From the NCBI GenBank assembly GCA_965112735.1, contig OZ218950.1, positions 3,658,001 through 3,722,000 of the forward strand: DNA of 64,000 bases, given 5' to 3'. A model generated the notes under the pieces. The model was not told the origin of the DNA and made no database searches. It saw only the letters and a list, made by a program, of their open reading frames with translations. Positions 30,232-43,119 of the stretch are shown in pieces; the stretch's first letter is position 1; every line of letters starts with the position of its first letter. The DNA comes from Phaeosaccion multiseriatum (Eukaryota > Protista > Ochrophyta, other classes). A program made the position numbers and the translations under genes.

Positions 30232-30865
30232 TTGGCGGCTCATCTCTGAGGTTCATGCCCGCCCTGTTAAACGAAAAGCATCCATCGGCGCCCGCCATAC
30301 CGTTGTTCACAGCCAACGTCTTGCGCCCCTCCTCTGACTTGAACATCTGGAGGTAGAGGTTCTTTCCCTCATGCCCCTTTGAGCCAGGCGCTTTCCCACT
30401 GAGCAGGTAGTCGGGCCGATTGGCGACGACGAGAGCGACCTTCGCCTCCGGCGAGGACAGGAAATTTTTGTAAAACCAGCGAACCAGCTTGACGGAGTCC
30501 TGGGTTGTTGAGGGCAGGGGCGGAGGGATCGTTTGAGCGAGGGCAGTCAACCAACTAAACACGTCAACAAGCAACCGCTCACCTGCTCCAGATTGAAGTC
30601 GAGCGCCTCCTTCGGCGTACGAATGTTAGCCTTTGGGCACTGGTCCCACAGGTTCATGACGTGCTTCGTGTCCTCGTCGCTCCAACCGTCTGGCTTGCTC
30701 GCCTGCGTCACAAAGGCTTCGAACTGCTCCCTTGTCTTCAACTGCAGTATGTCGCCCTTGAGTCGCCGCTTCTCGTCCTCGGTGTTCTGCCCCCGTGTCA
30801 CTACGGCGCCCTCGGTGTGCAGGTTGCAGTGGGGCAGCTGGAACAGCATACCTTGCAATCTGGCA
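30232..30865 (-). pseudogene. Second partial copy of the USP-LAGLIDADG gene, inverted and head-on to the first
   Basis: ORFs 30547-30876 and 30176-30574 reproduce LPHCNLH...DFNLEQ and DSVKLVRW...NNGMAGADGCFSFNR...RDEPP. The intron is retained. Confidence 0.88.
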
Positions 30866-30897
30866 TTCTTCCCCACGCAACAGTCTTGTCAAGGGGA

Positions 30898-31359
30898 TGT
30901 TGGAAGTGGCGGATAGCTATTGGGGATGTGGAAAGTCGATTCGTAAGTCAATGGCCCAGGCCCAGGCAGATACGGTGAGAACGGGTGGCATGGCTCTCAT
31001 TATCCTATGTGCGTAGGTGGTCGTTTAGGACTAGCATGCGATATAAGTCAATACAGGGGGGGTGCTGTTACCTTGTCCGTGTGTCTAGTTCTATCCTATC
31101 AGGGGGGGGATTGAGAGGTAGTACTTGTCCAGAGAGAGAGAGAGAGAGAGCGTGGGGAGAGCAAGCCTGTGGTGGAGCTTGGACAGGCTCAATTACGTAT
31201 TATTAGGTGGGCAGGAAATAGGTGAAGGAGTGGGTCGCGACTTTTTGAGGCCTGGTTGGCCCCTCCGCATTCCTGAACCCCCCGCCCCAAGTGGATAGCT
31301 TCCTTACTCAAGGAGGCTGTCCCGGGTCTTAGGGTGGGAAAGCCCTTGTTGTTAATACA
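30898..31359 (+). mobile_element. Possible solo/relic LTR
   Basis: Purine run AAGGGGA then TGTTGGAAG (same start as the LTR at 55321). It ends ...ATACA followed by a PBS-like CTTGGTGCC. The 3' third resembles ~61680-61830. Confidence 0.35.
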
Positions 31360-31433
31360 CTTGGTGCCAGCATTTGACTCTTCTCTCTCCTCTATTGGGA
31401 CCGGAACGCAGCGCTCAGCTTGGGGCTACCTTC

Positions 31434-33458
31434 CTACTCTTCGGCAGAGGGAGGTAGCTGCCCCACATATGGCCCCACGTCCCTCCTCACCTTGTTCACC
31501 AGCGCTGTGCTCCACTTCATGCTCGCCATCGCCTCCTCAAGCAGAGCTGTCTCCTCCTTGCTGTCCTCCGCATCCTCCTCCCCCTCTTGGTCCCGTCCTT
31601 CTCCTCCTCCTCCTCCTCCCCGCTGGAAGTGTAGCAGCTTCTGCTGTTGCCTCGAGCACTGGATGAGCGCCTCCTCGAGCTCCTTCTCCAACCGCTGGGC
31701 CTTGTTCTTATCCCCCACCTCTCTCGGCGCCACAATCGCTCCGAGCCAAGGCTTCACCGCCGTGAACTCGTCCCCTCCGGACACGGCTCCACCCCCCCCC
31801 TCCAACAGATGGCCATGGGAAGTAGCAGGAGCGTAATCGTTAGCAGCAGCAGAAGCAGCAGCAGCCGCTCCAGAGGCGTTGGAATCCAGATCGAAGTCGT
31901 TGCCAGCCAAGCCGAGCGTGTCTACTTCTCCACCACCGCCATCGGATGAAAAGCATGAGGAGGGGGAGCGTGATGATGGTGATGAGGAGGATGCGTGTAC
32001 CCGTCTGTGTGCCGCAGCTCCCCTTTCATATTCCTCGTCATTCTCCTCCTCCTCCTCCTCCTCCTCTCGGACGTGCCTCCATTGGAAGATGCATCTGTCC
32101 AGTCCACCCGTAGAAATCAAGTATGTGTCCTCCTCCTCCTCCTCCTCCTCCTCCTCCTCCTCCGCCTCCTCCTCCTCCTCCGCCTCCTCCCTCTGTCCCT
32201 GCCACCCTCGCCTTAACTTGTGTTTGCCTCTAATCGAGTCCCTCCTTGTGTGCACCACATCGGCGCTGCTCCTCCTCCTCCCCCTCTTGCTGCTCCTCGC
32301 CCCCCTTGCCCCTCCTCCTCCTCCTCCTCCCTCAGCAGGCTCCGTCCCCACCCACCGCACATTCGTCACATGACTGGACTGCCCCCGAAACTCAAGACAA
32401 TTCGCGCCCTTTTGCAAACACGGGTACCGAAAGAGTTTGACCAGACCAAAGTCGTCGGCTGTCGCCAGCGTCAGCCCATCCCGTGTTCTGTCCACGGCAT
32501 TGACGTCCGTTCCGTCGGCCTCGGCGGGCCAAATGCCCTGCACCGGCCAACCCCCCCCCCACTATATACATATATGTAAGGTTATGTAAGGGTATGAGGA
32601 GGAGAGAGCAAAAGGGACCGAGGCTTTACTGAGGCAGTACGGATAGAAGGGACGGGATGGCGACCCACGCAAGCACGAGAGAAAGAAGCGTGGACAGACA
32701 GGCAGACAAGCTGACACAAAACAACTCGACCCGACTGACCTTCACATCACGCATAGAGGACGCCGAAGTGACCTGCTGCCCGTTGGTGGTCTGCGAGAAG
32801 AGTAGCTCGTATCCGCCGCAGGTACTCTGTAGGAAGCGCGAGTCCGAGGAAAAGTCCAGGTGTGTGAGGTATGAACTGTGCTTGTTGAACCTGCAGCGCC
32901 GCCGGAACTGCTGCTGCACTGCGTAGAGGTAAATCGACTTGTCGTGTGACGCCACCGCGAGGATCTGTTTGGGGGGGGAGGAGGAGGAAGAGGCAGTGGA
33001 GTAAGGCCAAGGCCCGGGAAAGGCGCACAGGCGCACAGGTGCAAGAGTTGTTATATGGTGGTGTGGGTCTTATTATTACACTTCGATACACCAATACAGA
33101 GCGAAGAGAGTGGGCAGGAGACATGTGTGTATACAGATAGGTACGCATTTGTGATAAATCCTTCCCTCCTTGCTGTTTCCTCTCCTCTCTCCTCGCTCCG
33201 CTCACCTTCCCATCTGGAGAGAACTTGATGTCGCTGATCCACCGCTTGGCGGCCTTTTCCTCCATCAGCGGCTCCATCTTGATCACGTCACTGTCACTGT
33301 CGCCTCGTGCCTCCCTGGAAATGGTATACACGCGCACCACTCCATCGCACTTGGCCTTCTTCTGCCCCACCCTTCCGCCCATGCCCACGGCTATCTGGCT
33401 ACCGTTGGGGGCGTACGCACACGCTCGGGCAATGCCCTTCAAGTCTAGAAGGTGGATC
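31434..33458 (-). pseudogene. EML5/EML6-like WD40 (HELP/TAPE) protein, downstream portion, truncated
   Basis: WISDIKFSPDG, ILAVASHD, HSSYLTHLDFSSDS, QGIWP..DGTDVNAVDR, TADDFGLVKLFRYPC, STGGLDRCIFQWR and GGDEFTAVKPWLGAI. It stops before the next HELP domain, next to LTR-like DNA. Confidence 0.8.
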
Positions 33459-36400
33459 TGATGCATACATCCCATTCATACATCCATTGGTCATTGAGAG
33501 AGAGAGGAGTGTGTGTGTGTGTGTGTGTGGGTGTGAGGGAGGGCGTGAGGGAGGAGGAGGACAGAAGATTATGAGTCATTCAGTCTCGAAAACGGCAGAA
33601 TAAGCTGAGTACGTAAGTACGTAGGATAGGCAGTGGCGATGGCGAGCAAATTTGGAAACACATGGTTTCGACTCCGATAGAGAGGATGGCAGCAGACGGA
33701 GGAGACAGAGACTCATAGATTGGGGGTCTGACTCAGTCACGGGCCGACTGCCTGACTGTCTCACTGACCGACTGACTGACTGACTGACTGACTGACCGAC
33801 TGACTGAGCCACTTACTCACTGCCTCACTGACCGACTGACCGACGGACTACCTGACTGACTGACCTGAGAGAGGCTGAGCAGCTGCGAGCTCAGAGAGAA
33901 CATTGCTTGGGGTCATGGGCCGTGTCCGCCCAGGGCCCGCTCCAAGACCGCCCAGGTCCATGTCTGTGAACAACTCACAATCACCTGCAAGTCAGTCAGT
34001 GAGCCAGTCAGTAGATGGGGCAATGGGACTGTCAGTCAGGCACGACGATGGCCTCTCTCTAAAAACCGCAGATGGTACTACTACCAGGAAGAGCTAAAGG
34101 CGGGCCATTGATATGCTATTTGATCAAACTGTGGGCATCAGGAAAATGAAGTCCCTTATACAAGGACTTATCCCAAGACCTTTAGGCCTTCTACACGGTG
34201 GCTTGGATAAGGCTTGTATTAGGCTTATCTTGCTGTCACCATCCATATCATATGGCTTCGCCACAAGCGTGGCCTGTCTGGTGCCGACTTGCGGTGTTCT
34301 ACGCCCATACAGTAGCCCCACCACAATGAGAGCAAAGCAGCCTCAACCGTTCGTCTCCATCTCCTGCCTTGCAATGCACCTTCTCGCCACAACCACACCC
34401 CTACTCAGTTAGTTCCTCATCTCGGCCCCCCTGTGCCTGACCGTGCCGACTCGCACGCGCTCTCCATCAATCACCACGCCACCTCGCTCATTCACGGAGT
34501 GGACGGCCGCACCCAGCCAGACACCACAGGTGCCTCTTACCCTCTTACCTTGTCCATGGTTGGTGAGAAGAACAACTTGAGCGAAGGGCGGGTGCAGCAG
34601 CTCGCGCTTGTCGTTGAGGGGCGGGGAATATCTGGGTCTCCTCGGCGTACGATAACGCACTGGCGCAACGCCGCGCAGCATATGCCCCCCCACAGCCTCT
34701 TGAAGCGAAGCTCCCGCCATAGCGCTTGTTTGGGACAGAGAATGACAGCGAGGGGGTAAGGGGGGGAGCGGGAGGGAGGGAGAGACAGGTCGAGGGAGAT
34801 TGATGCATAGGGAGAGAGGGATGGAGTGAGGGAGCGTGTGTGGGTGAAGTAGCGAGTGGGTGAGAGTGACGGAGCGAGTGAGTGAATACGGTCGTGAGTG
34901 AGTGAGTATGCAAGCGAGGGATTGAGAACGGGAGCTCCCTCCCGTTCTCACCTCTCCTTCACAATCGCGCGCGCACGCACGCCGTCTCTCCCCAAACGAA
35001 TCGCCCACTCATTCACTCACTTCCTCTCTACCTCAAAATACAACTCTCTCACCCACCCATCACTTCGCTACTCCCTCCCTCGCTCACCATTTCTCTTGTA
35101 CTCCCCTTTGTCGCCCACCTTCTCACTCTCACTCATTCCCTGGTTGGGAGACCCTGACTGACTGACCTGGTGCCCAGGGGTGGACATTGATGGCGTCCAC
35201 TAACGCCTTTGAATGCAAGGCCAAGCAGGCAACGCAAGAGCAAAGGCTCCCTACACCCCCCCTCGCCAGATGGGCTCTTACCTGCTTCATTGTGCGCACA
35301 CGTCGTCTCTGGAGGCCCGCGGCTTCATGTTCTGTGAGAGAAGGGGAGAGAAGTGTGACTCAGGGCCACGAGTGCTGTAGTAAGGGGCCTTCAGTATGTC
35401 ACCCCACCGCAATTGGATAGCTCTCCCATGCAAATTGCCCTTCCTCCCTCCTCCCTCTACATCCGCAGCTGTTGTCGAGCTCTCTTTGAAGCGCCTCTCG
35501 CTCTTTGCCCAATGCGTATGTCTTGTGTGTGCGTCTATGAGACACACCCTCCACTATCACAACACTCACTTGAATCTTCGAAGTGCTCATGTCCCTGCCT
35601 CATGGAGGCCCTAGAGATGGAGGAGACAATGAGAGGACGGATACTGTAGTACAGATACGAGAGAAGGGACTTGATATCTCAAGGTCCATTCCCAACTTCC
35701 GTGGGCCCCCCACCGTCCCTCTGTCCTCCCCGAGACTTGGGTGAGAAAGGCAGGGCAGGAAGGGATGGGATGGCAACGAAAGGCAGAGGTAAAAAAGGAT
35801 GGTCGCTAACCTGCAGTCTGAGCGCTGCCGCCAAAGTCGCAGTGGCAGAAGCAGCAGCAGGCAGGGGAGAAGAAGGCAGAGAAGACGAAGGCGAAGACGA
35901 ACAAGAAGTCCGCTGCCCCGTGAACCGAGGCTTGCAAGTAGCGCTGTGCATCGAGATTACACTTGAGTAAGCCCATCCCAAGGTTACACAGCGCCTTGCC
36001 CAGCGCGCGCGCTTGCCGGCTTAGCGGAGACGTAGAAACCGTCTGCGCCGAGCTGTCTACAGGGAGGGAGAGGATGGGCGGAGCAAGGAATGATGAGTCT
36101 CTCGCCTCTTCCTCACTCACACAATCAATGACTCACTCAGCCATTCATTCATTCACTCACCACCCTGTTCCACTTTGGGTCGTGAGAAGCATCAGCCCCT
36201 TTCCGCTCCCAAAGAGAGAGTCTGTGACATCTATCAGGATGATGTCGCTCCCCGCCCGCCGAAAGACCGTAGTGCTGCGGTGCGCCTGTGCTCAGAATGA
36301 GCCAGACCTGGAGATTTCGCTCATGGTTGTGCCCTGCGGTCCCGGCCGAAAGATGGTGATGAGCTTGAGGCGCTCTTAGACACCTTTCTGTGGAGGGGCT

Positions 36401-39201
36401 TGGACGATACCGTCTGCTCCGTTGCCGTTGCCAACTTTGGCGACAGCAAACAGCGGCGACGGGGATTTTAGGTGGCGTTCATGGAAGCGACAGTATATAT
36501 ATAGTGGGAAGGGAGGGAGAGGTTTTACTCTTAACGGGGTTTTTACCGTTACTCTTTTTTCTCCCCTCTTTCTTTTTGCCGCAAAGTAAAGAGGCAAGAG
36601 GCAGGGCGGAGGGCAGGGGCGGCGGAGAGGACGGAGAGGGCGGACCGGAGCAGCTCGACAGCAGAGAGAGGGAACGTGTCTGGACCTCGTCCGTCCAGCC
36701 AGCCATGGCTGGGCAAGAGGTAAGAGGGAAGAGGGCGACCACGAGCAGGGTGCCTGCCTGGCGTAATGTTTATCCAGTGCTAAGCTGACCTCCTATCCCG
36801 CTGCCCCACGCAGGGTTAAATAAGGCCGACGGGTGGGCCGCAGGAAAAACATGAGGTGAGCAGGCTGAAGTATGGAATGGGTGGGGAGCGAGAGCACTCA
36901 AATAACTCCCCCAGCTTCCCAACCCACGCGAAGGCCACAGAGGCTCAGGGTCCAAGAAGCTGGGGCGGGGGAGGCACAAAAAAAAGGAGGGATTGGGACA
37001 AGAGGCATGGGGCGTAAGAAGTGATTCGACGGGGCGAAGCGGACCCCACTGTGCCTTTTTCCCTTCCCTCCGCCCCTCGTTCCCTGGCCCTATCCCAGTC
37101 TGCGCCCGCCATGCCTGCTGGCGCCATCAAAAAGCCCGTCGCTCAGCCCTTTCCTGCCCAACCCTCCATATCCTTGGCCCGTCGTCACGAAAGGTGAACA
37201 ACAAGTCCTCGCGACCGCAGATGGTCAAGCGGCGGAGGAGGTAGGGACCTCCAGACTAAGGGGGGTATTGAGGGCGAATGACCCCTCAGTGCCGGGTGAG
37301 GCCTTGGAGAAGGACGAAAAGGCAGAAGACCGACCTCGCTGCATACGGGGGTTGAGATCGGGGCGAGGGTTGGAAGAGGATGAACAGGATATGGGCCCCT
37401 CCTTACTTGCAGACCTTGCAGACACTCCTTTGGAAGTGATCGGCAGCGCACCTCCCGAGGTGGCTTCCTTCGGGCCGCAGCTGCTCAGTAGTGTGGGGCC
37501 GGTACCTCCCTCCATTTTTAAAAGAGGAGGAAGGCACCGGCCTCACATATGGCGTCGACGCGGAAACCCAAGAGGCTTGTTGTGCACAAGAGACGTGTGT
37601 GCGTCGACCACTCCCTCCTTGCAGGCCATGGGCTTCAGCTTCGACGACGGAGAGTAGAATACCTACCTTGGCATGGATGGTATGCCTGCCTTTGCTTAGA
37701 TGGATTGGACACGGGCAGCGCACTGGCGTGACACCCCTCACAGCGGACGAGAAGGAGCAGGAGGGGAAGGCAATCAACCACTCTATCCCCGTCCGATGTG
37801 CCGCTGTCCGAACGGGGGGAGCGGCGGGCAAGGGGGGAAGTGACCTTTGTTCTCCCTTGTTCACGGCTAGCTGAGCAGTAAGTTATATAACTAAAAATAA
37901 AACTGCTACTTCCTCAAAGTCCATGGTGCTTGCTACTGCCGGCCAGGCGCCGCTCCCAATCCAGCCACAAGGTCTCCGGCCTCGCCCGCTCCTCGGAGCT
38001 GACGTAGATGGGGCATGAGTCGTTTGAGCGAGCGAGAGCCTGCTATTCTCTCCGGAAAAGGTCACTTTTGAAGCAAGCCCGCGCAGCAAAGACGGCGAAG
38101 AAGGGCGCACATCGTCCAGGGCATCGGCTCCCCCCCCCCCCCCGATAAGGAGCAGAAGCCTGAGGCGGCCTGCGACCGAAAGCAACAAGCCCCCCCGAAG
38201 CCAGCATAATGTCTCCCTCCCCCCCCCCCTGAGCCCCCCTGACAAGCCTGAAGCCCAGACCGCTGGCCTGCGGCGGCGCTATGGCCCAGAAGCCCGGAGC
38301 CCGACGTCGTCTCGCTCCCTCCGATTCTCTGTGACATGCTTGTTGTTGCCACCAGAGGCAAGCTCGCTCCTCCTCGTCCCCCTCGCACCATCGTCGTCGA
38401 GCTGAAACCATTATTATTTGGTTCTCCAATCGAAGAGTGGCCCCCCCGCCCCCCCCCCGGGGTTTGGCGACTTAGCGCCGAGAGCATCTCCCGCTCACGA
38501 AAAAACAAGCCCACAACACAGACAGCCACAGAGAGAGCAAGAAGCAAATACAACAGGTGCGTGTGCGTCGCGGGATGCTTCCATGGAGCACCCTCGCGCG
38601 TGCGTCATTGCCAGCAGCGAATGAGTGGCGTGGTGTGGAGCCCACCCTCTACGTCTACTTCCCCTCCCCCGCGCCTTCCTTGCTCTAACTCCGCGGCCTC
38701 TCCGCACCTCCCTCAGCAGACGAGCAGACAATCGAAATGTCCGACAATCGAAAGAACGCAGACAACGGCTCCTCTTCGGCGGCCGAGGAGGGCGGAGATT
38801 GGTTTGAAGTGACCAAACGGGGGAGGGCCATGCCGCGCACCGATGCCCGCCACAAACACATCGGGAACCGTTCCGCGCCCCCCACTTCCTCCTCCACCGA
38901 CGGGGCCACCTTCAGCCTCGACAGCGACGAGGACTTTCCCCGCCTTCCCGATAAGGCTTCGACAAACCGCTGCCTCGTTTCGCCCCGCACCGGGGCGAAC
39001 AACAATATCAACGCCCCTCCCTCCCGCGGGTGTGAGAATCGCCAAAACCAGTGCTATATGGCGGCTGCGCTTCAGCTGGTACGTAGATGCCGGGGCGACG
39101 AGGCCCGAGTCAAGCAAAAAGTGAACCTCCCGAGCTCGCTTTTCTCTCTCTCTTGCTTGCTTGCTTGCTTCCCAATTCAGTTTGGCTCCGCCATGCGGGG
39201 C

Positions 39202-39940
39202 AGCCCCACCTTGTGCCAGTCCGTCAAGAGCAAGGACAAAAGCCCCCTCGGGGTTGCAGCTGCGGCCCTCGGCGAGGCCATCAACAAGCAAGGCCCGCCC
39301 CTGCCCCTCCACGAGATGGACAAGCTGGAGAAGCTGCTCGCAGACAAGCGCGTATGCCACATGGGGGGGCAGAACGACGCCGGCAACGTCGCCGCTTCTG
39401 TCATGAACTACTGTGGGGCGGAGGACGTGGTCCTAACGGTTACGGCCGACGCCGTCATGAAACAGTCTATCCAGGACGCTGTCCAGGACGGCTTGTCGAG
39501 CAATATAGAAATGTCCAAGCCCACCTGTAAGAAGGCATCCTTTTGCTAGGCTGGCAGCTATCCACTGAATATTCACGGGGGTAGCTGCCAGCCTAGCAAA
39601 AGGATGCCTTCTTACAGGTGGGCTTGGACATTTCTATATTGCTCGACAAGCCGTCCTGGACAGCGTCCTGGATAGACTGTTTCATGATGGCGTCGGCCGT
39701 AACCGTTAGGACCACGTCCTCCGCCCCACAGTAGTTCATGACAGAAGCGGCGACGTTGCCGGCGTCGTTCTGCCCCCCCATGTGGCATACGCGCTTGTCT
39801 GCGAGCAGCTTCTCCAGCTTGTCCATCTCGTGGAGGGGCAGGGGCGGGCCTTGCTTGTTGATGGCCTCGCCGAGGGCCGCAGCTGCAACCCTGAGGGGGC
39901 TTTTGTCCTTGCTCTTGACGGACTGGCACAAGGTGGGGCT
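39202..39940. repeat. 739-bp near-perfect palindrome (324-bp arms around a hairpin element)
   Basis: 39202-39525 is the reverse complement of 39617-39940 except for two substitutions (39688, 39892). Confidence 0.95.
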
Positions 39941-39997
39941 ACCCCCGTGAATATTCAGTGGATAGCTGCCAGCCTAGCAAAAGGATGCCTTCTTACA
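39526..39997. mobile_element. 91-bp hairpin element, family A (39526-39616) plus a half copy (39938-39997); 4-bp TSD CACC
   Basis: TGTAAGAAGGCATCCTTTTGCTAGGCTGGCAGCTA-loop-TAGCTGCCAGCCTAGCAAAAGGATGCCTTCTTACA. The flanks are CCCACC| ... |CACCGCCGAG; removing the insert and one CACC restores the frame MSKPTAEYVMVIIN. Confidence 0.9.
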
Positions 39998-40029
39998 CAC
40001 CGCCGAGTATGTCATGGTGATCATTAACG

Positions 40030-40484
40030 TGAGTGCGGGGGTGGGTGAGTGTTTGCGTGCGCGCGTGTGGGTATGCGTGTGTGTGTGCGTGTTAGAAGTC
40101 GTGCTTTTGCTAGACTGGTACCTCCCGGTCTGAATTCAGAGGGTAGGTACCAGTCTAGCAAAAGCACGACTTCTAACATGCGTGCGTGTGGTGGGTGTGC
40201 GAGTGCACGTGTGTGGGTGTGGGTGTGGGAGAGAGAGAGAGCAAAAGCAAAGAGTGGGGGGGTCTGTGTATGTGTGTGTGTGTGTGTGTGTGTGCGTGTG
40301 AATGTGTGTGCGTGTGTGTGTGTGCGAGTGCACGTGTGTGGGTGTGGGTGTGTGAGAGAGAGAGCAAAGCAAAGAGTGGGGGGGTCTGTGTATGTGTGTG
40401 TGCGTGTGAATGTGTGTGCGCGCGAGTGAATGTGAACATGTTTGTGTGTGCGTGTGAATGTGTGTGTCAGTGTGTGTGTGTGTC

Positions 40485-40516
<32 letters not shown>

Positions 40517-41755
40517 CGTGTGTGTGTGTATGTGTGGGTGTGCGTGTGCGCGCGTGTGAATGTGTGTGTGTGTGCGTGTCAGTGTGTGTGTGTGTGCGCG
40601 CGTGTGAATGAATTGTGTGCGTGTGGGTGTGTGTGGGTGTGCGTGTGCGTGTGTGTGCGTGTGTGTGTGTGCGTGTGGTGTGCGTGCGTGTGGTGGGTGT
40701 GCGAGTGCACGTGTGTGGTTGTGGGTGTGGGAGAGAGAGAGAGAGAGCAAAGCAAAGAGTGGGGGGGTCTGTGTGCGTGTGTGTGTGTGTGTGCGTGTGG
40801 TGTGCGTGCGTGTGGTGGGTGTCGAGTGCGCGTGTGTGGGTGTGGGTGAGAGAGAGAGAGAGAGCAAAGCAAAGAGTGGGGGGGTCTGTGTGCGTGTGTG
40901 TGTGTGTGCGTGTGGTGTGCGTGCGTGTGGTGGGTGTCGAGTGCTTGTGTGTGGGTGTGGGTGTGAGAGAGAGAGAGAGAGAGCAAAGCAAAGAGTGGGG
41001 GGGTCTGTGTATGTGTGTGTGCGTGTGAATGTGTGTGCGTGTGCGTGTGTGTGCGAGTGCACGTGTGTGCGTGTGAATGTGTGTGTGTGTGCGCGCGTGT
41101 CAGTGTGTATGTGTGTGTGAATGTGTGTGCGTGTGAATGTGTGTGTGTGTGTGTGTGGGTGTGGGTGTGCGTGTGCGCGTGTGAATGTGTGTGAGTGTGT
41201 GTGCGTGTCAGTGTGTGTGTGCGCGCGTGTGAATGAATTGTGTGCGTGTGGGTGGGTGTGGGTGTGGGTGTGTGTGTGTGTGTCAGTGTGTGGGTGTGTG
41301 TGGGTGTGTGTGCGCGCGTGTGTGTGTGTATGTGTGGGTGTGCGTGTGCGCGCGTGTGAATGTGTGTGAGTGTGTGTGCGTGTCAGTGTGTGTGTGTGTG
41401 CGCGCGTGTGAATGAATTGTGTGCGTGTGCGTGTGTGTGCGTGTGTGTGTGTGCGTGTGCGTGTGGTGTGCGTGTGTGTGTGTGTGCGAGTGCACGTGTG
41501 TGGGTGTGGGTGTGTGAGAGAGAGAGCAAAGCAAAGAGTGGGGGGTGCGTATGTCTGTATGTCTGTGTATGTGTGTGTGTGTGTGCGAGTGCGCGCGTGT
41601 GTGTGTGGTGTGTGTGTGTGTGTGCGTGTGGTGTGCGTGCGTGTGGTGGGTGTGAGAGTGTGTGTGTGAATGTGTGTGCGTGTGTGAGAGAGAGAGAGCA
41701 AAGCAAAGAGTGGGGGGTCTGTGTATGTGTGTGTGGGTGTGCGAGTGCGCGAGTG
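40030..41755. repeat. Complex TG-rich intronic minisatellite with a recurring GAGAGAGCAAAGCAAAGAGTGGGGGG anchor
   Basis: Seven anchor copies separated by mutually related (TG)n/GCGT segments. It lies in intron 2 of the USP-LAGLIDADG gene. Confidence 0.9.
40090..40178. mobile_element. 89-bp hairpin element, family B; 4-bp TSD TGCG
   Basis: TGTTAGAAGTCGTGCTTTTGCTAGACTGGTACCT-loop-AGGTACCAGTCTAGCAAAAGCACGACTTCTAACA, flanked by TGCG on both sides. Confidence 0.88.
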
Positions 41756-43119
41756 TTAGTAGGGCTTTGAGCGGACTGAAAAAAAAAAGGCGCGAGCGGT
41801 TGCTTAAGACTAGGCCATTGACATAATACTAACCGTTGATTTTTCTTTTTCTTTTCTCTTTGCTCTGCCTGTTGCTTTGCTTGGAAACTCTCAGCGCTTG
41901 CGGAAGGCGAGCAAGAAGGAGGCGAGCAAGAAGGAGGGGAGCAAGAAGGAGGGGAGCAAGAACAAGACCGACCGATCGAAACCCCCCCCCCCGCAGGTCA
42001 TCAAAGCAAGATGTCGAGTCCTCCATCCACATTCCCGCACGCATGGAGTGGAGAGGCCTGTCCGTGGACGCCTCCGCCGTGCTGGTGCACCAAGGAGCTG
42101 ACGGTGCAGGGCACTTTGTGGCCCACTATAAGCACAGAGGACACTGGTACATGGCCGACGATGCAAGGGTGTGTCCGCATGAAATGGGTGAGCAAGCGCT
42201 CCTGAGGAGCGTGGAAGGTGGTGGGGACTGTGCCACCACCGTCCTGTATCGCGTCAGTGAGAGCAGCAGCTGCCCTCGCACCCAGCAGCTCCTGGATGTG
42301 GAGGCGAGGAGGAATGTCTTCATCATCCTCGTCCTCGCGACGGGCACCGAGCTTCATGATGAAGATCGGGATGGGGTGCTCTACAGCACCTTCACCATTG
42401 AGAGAGCCACTGAACTTGGTGGAGAAGAGGCCACCCTTGAGATGGTCACTCTCCGCGAGGATGGGGGTTTGGACTTCCCAAGGCAACGGATGGAGAGGGG
42501 CACGGGGGAAGGAGCAGGAGCAGCAGGAGGAGGAGAGGAGTGCCAGGGCTTCTGCCCTCGCACCCATTTCCTGCTCGAGGAAGAGACTAGGGCGCTGGGT
42601 GGTGAGAGATGCATCGTCGTCAAGCGCCAACCCGACGTACCACTCAACGAGCTGCGGGATGGTGTGCTTCTGGGCACGTTTACCACAGAACGAGCCCACC
42701 GACTGCATGGAGAGACCCCCCATGTGCTCGTCCATCTCGGAGCTGACGGAACCTTCCTCTTCCCATCAAACTTTCCCTGCGAGGCCATGGCGGACGAAGG
42801 GGTGGAAGAGAGCAAGAGGAGTGATGAGGCCTGCGACGGCCAGGCATTGTCTCCGGAGGGCATAGCAGCAGGTGGAGGGGGGCGGAGGGGTCGCGGGCAC
42901 AAGAGGAGTCGGAGCCGAATGGAGGGAGCAGGGATGGCTGCCGGCGGCGGCGGCGGCGGAGGAGGAGCAGCAGCAGCAGCAGCAGCAGGAGGAGGAGGAG
43001 GAGGAGGAGGAGGACGAGGAGGAGAAGGAGGAGGAGCAGGAGCAGGAGGACGGAGGGGTCGCGGGCAGAAGCGGAGTCGGAGCCGAATGGAGGGAGCAGG
43101 AGGAGGAGGGGGGGGGGGG

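Noticed and set aside
33870-38553. Exon-like fragments and ORFs (e.g. 37268-37874, 38062-38553)
   Set aside because: They have splice-like signals but internal stops or low complexity and no recognisable family, so I cannot support a call.
39526-39616. Hairpins as sequencing-adapter contamination
   Set aside because: They do not resemble the adapters I recall. They have TSDs, two families and diverged copies with compensatory changes.
40030-41755. CRISPR-like array (constant ~30-bp anchor with variable spacers) and the 521-aa His/Thr ORF
   Set aside because: The spacers are related TG microsatellite variants of irregular length, there are no cas genes, and the region is a spliceosomal intron. 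The ORFs are repeat translations.
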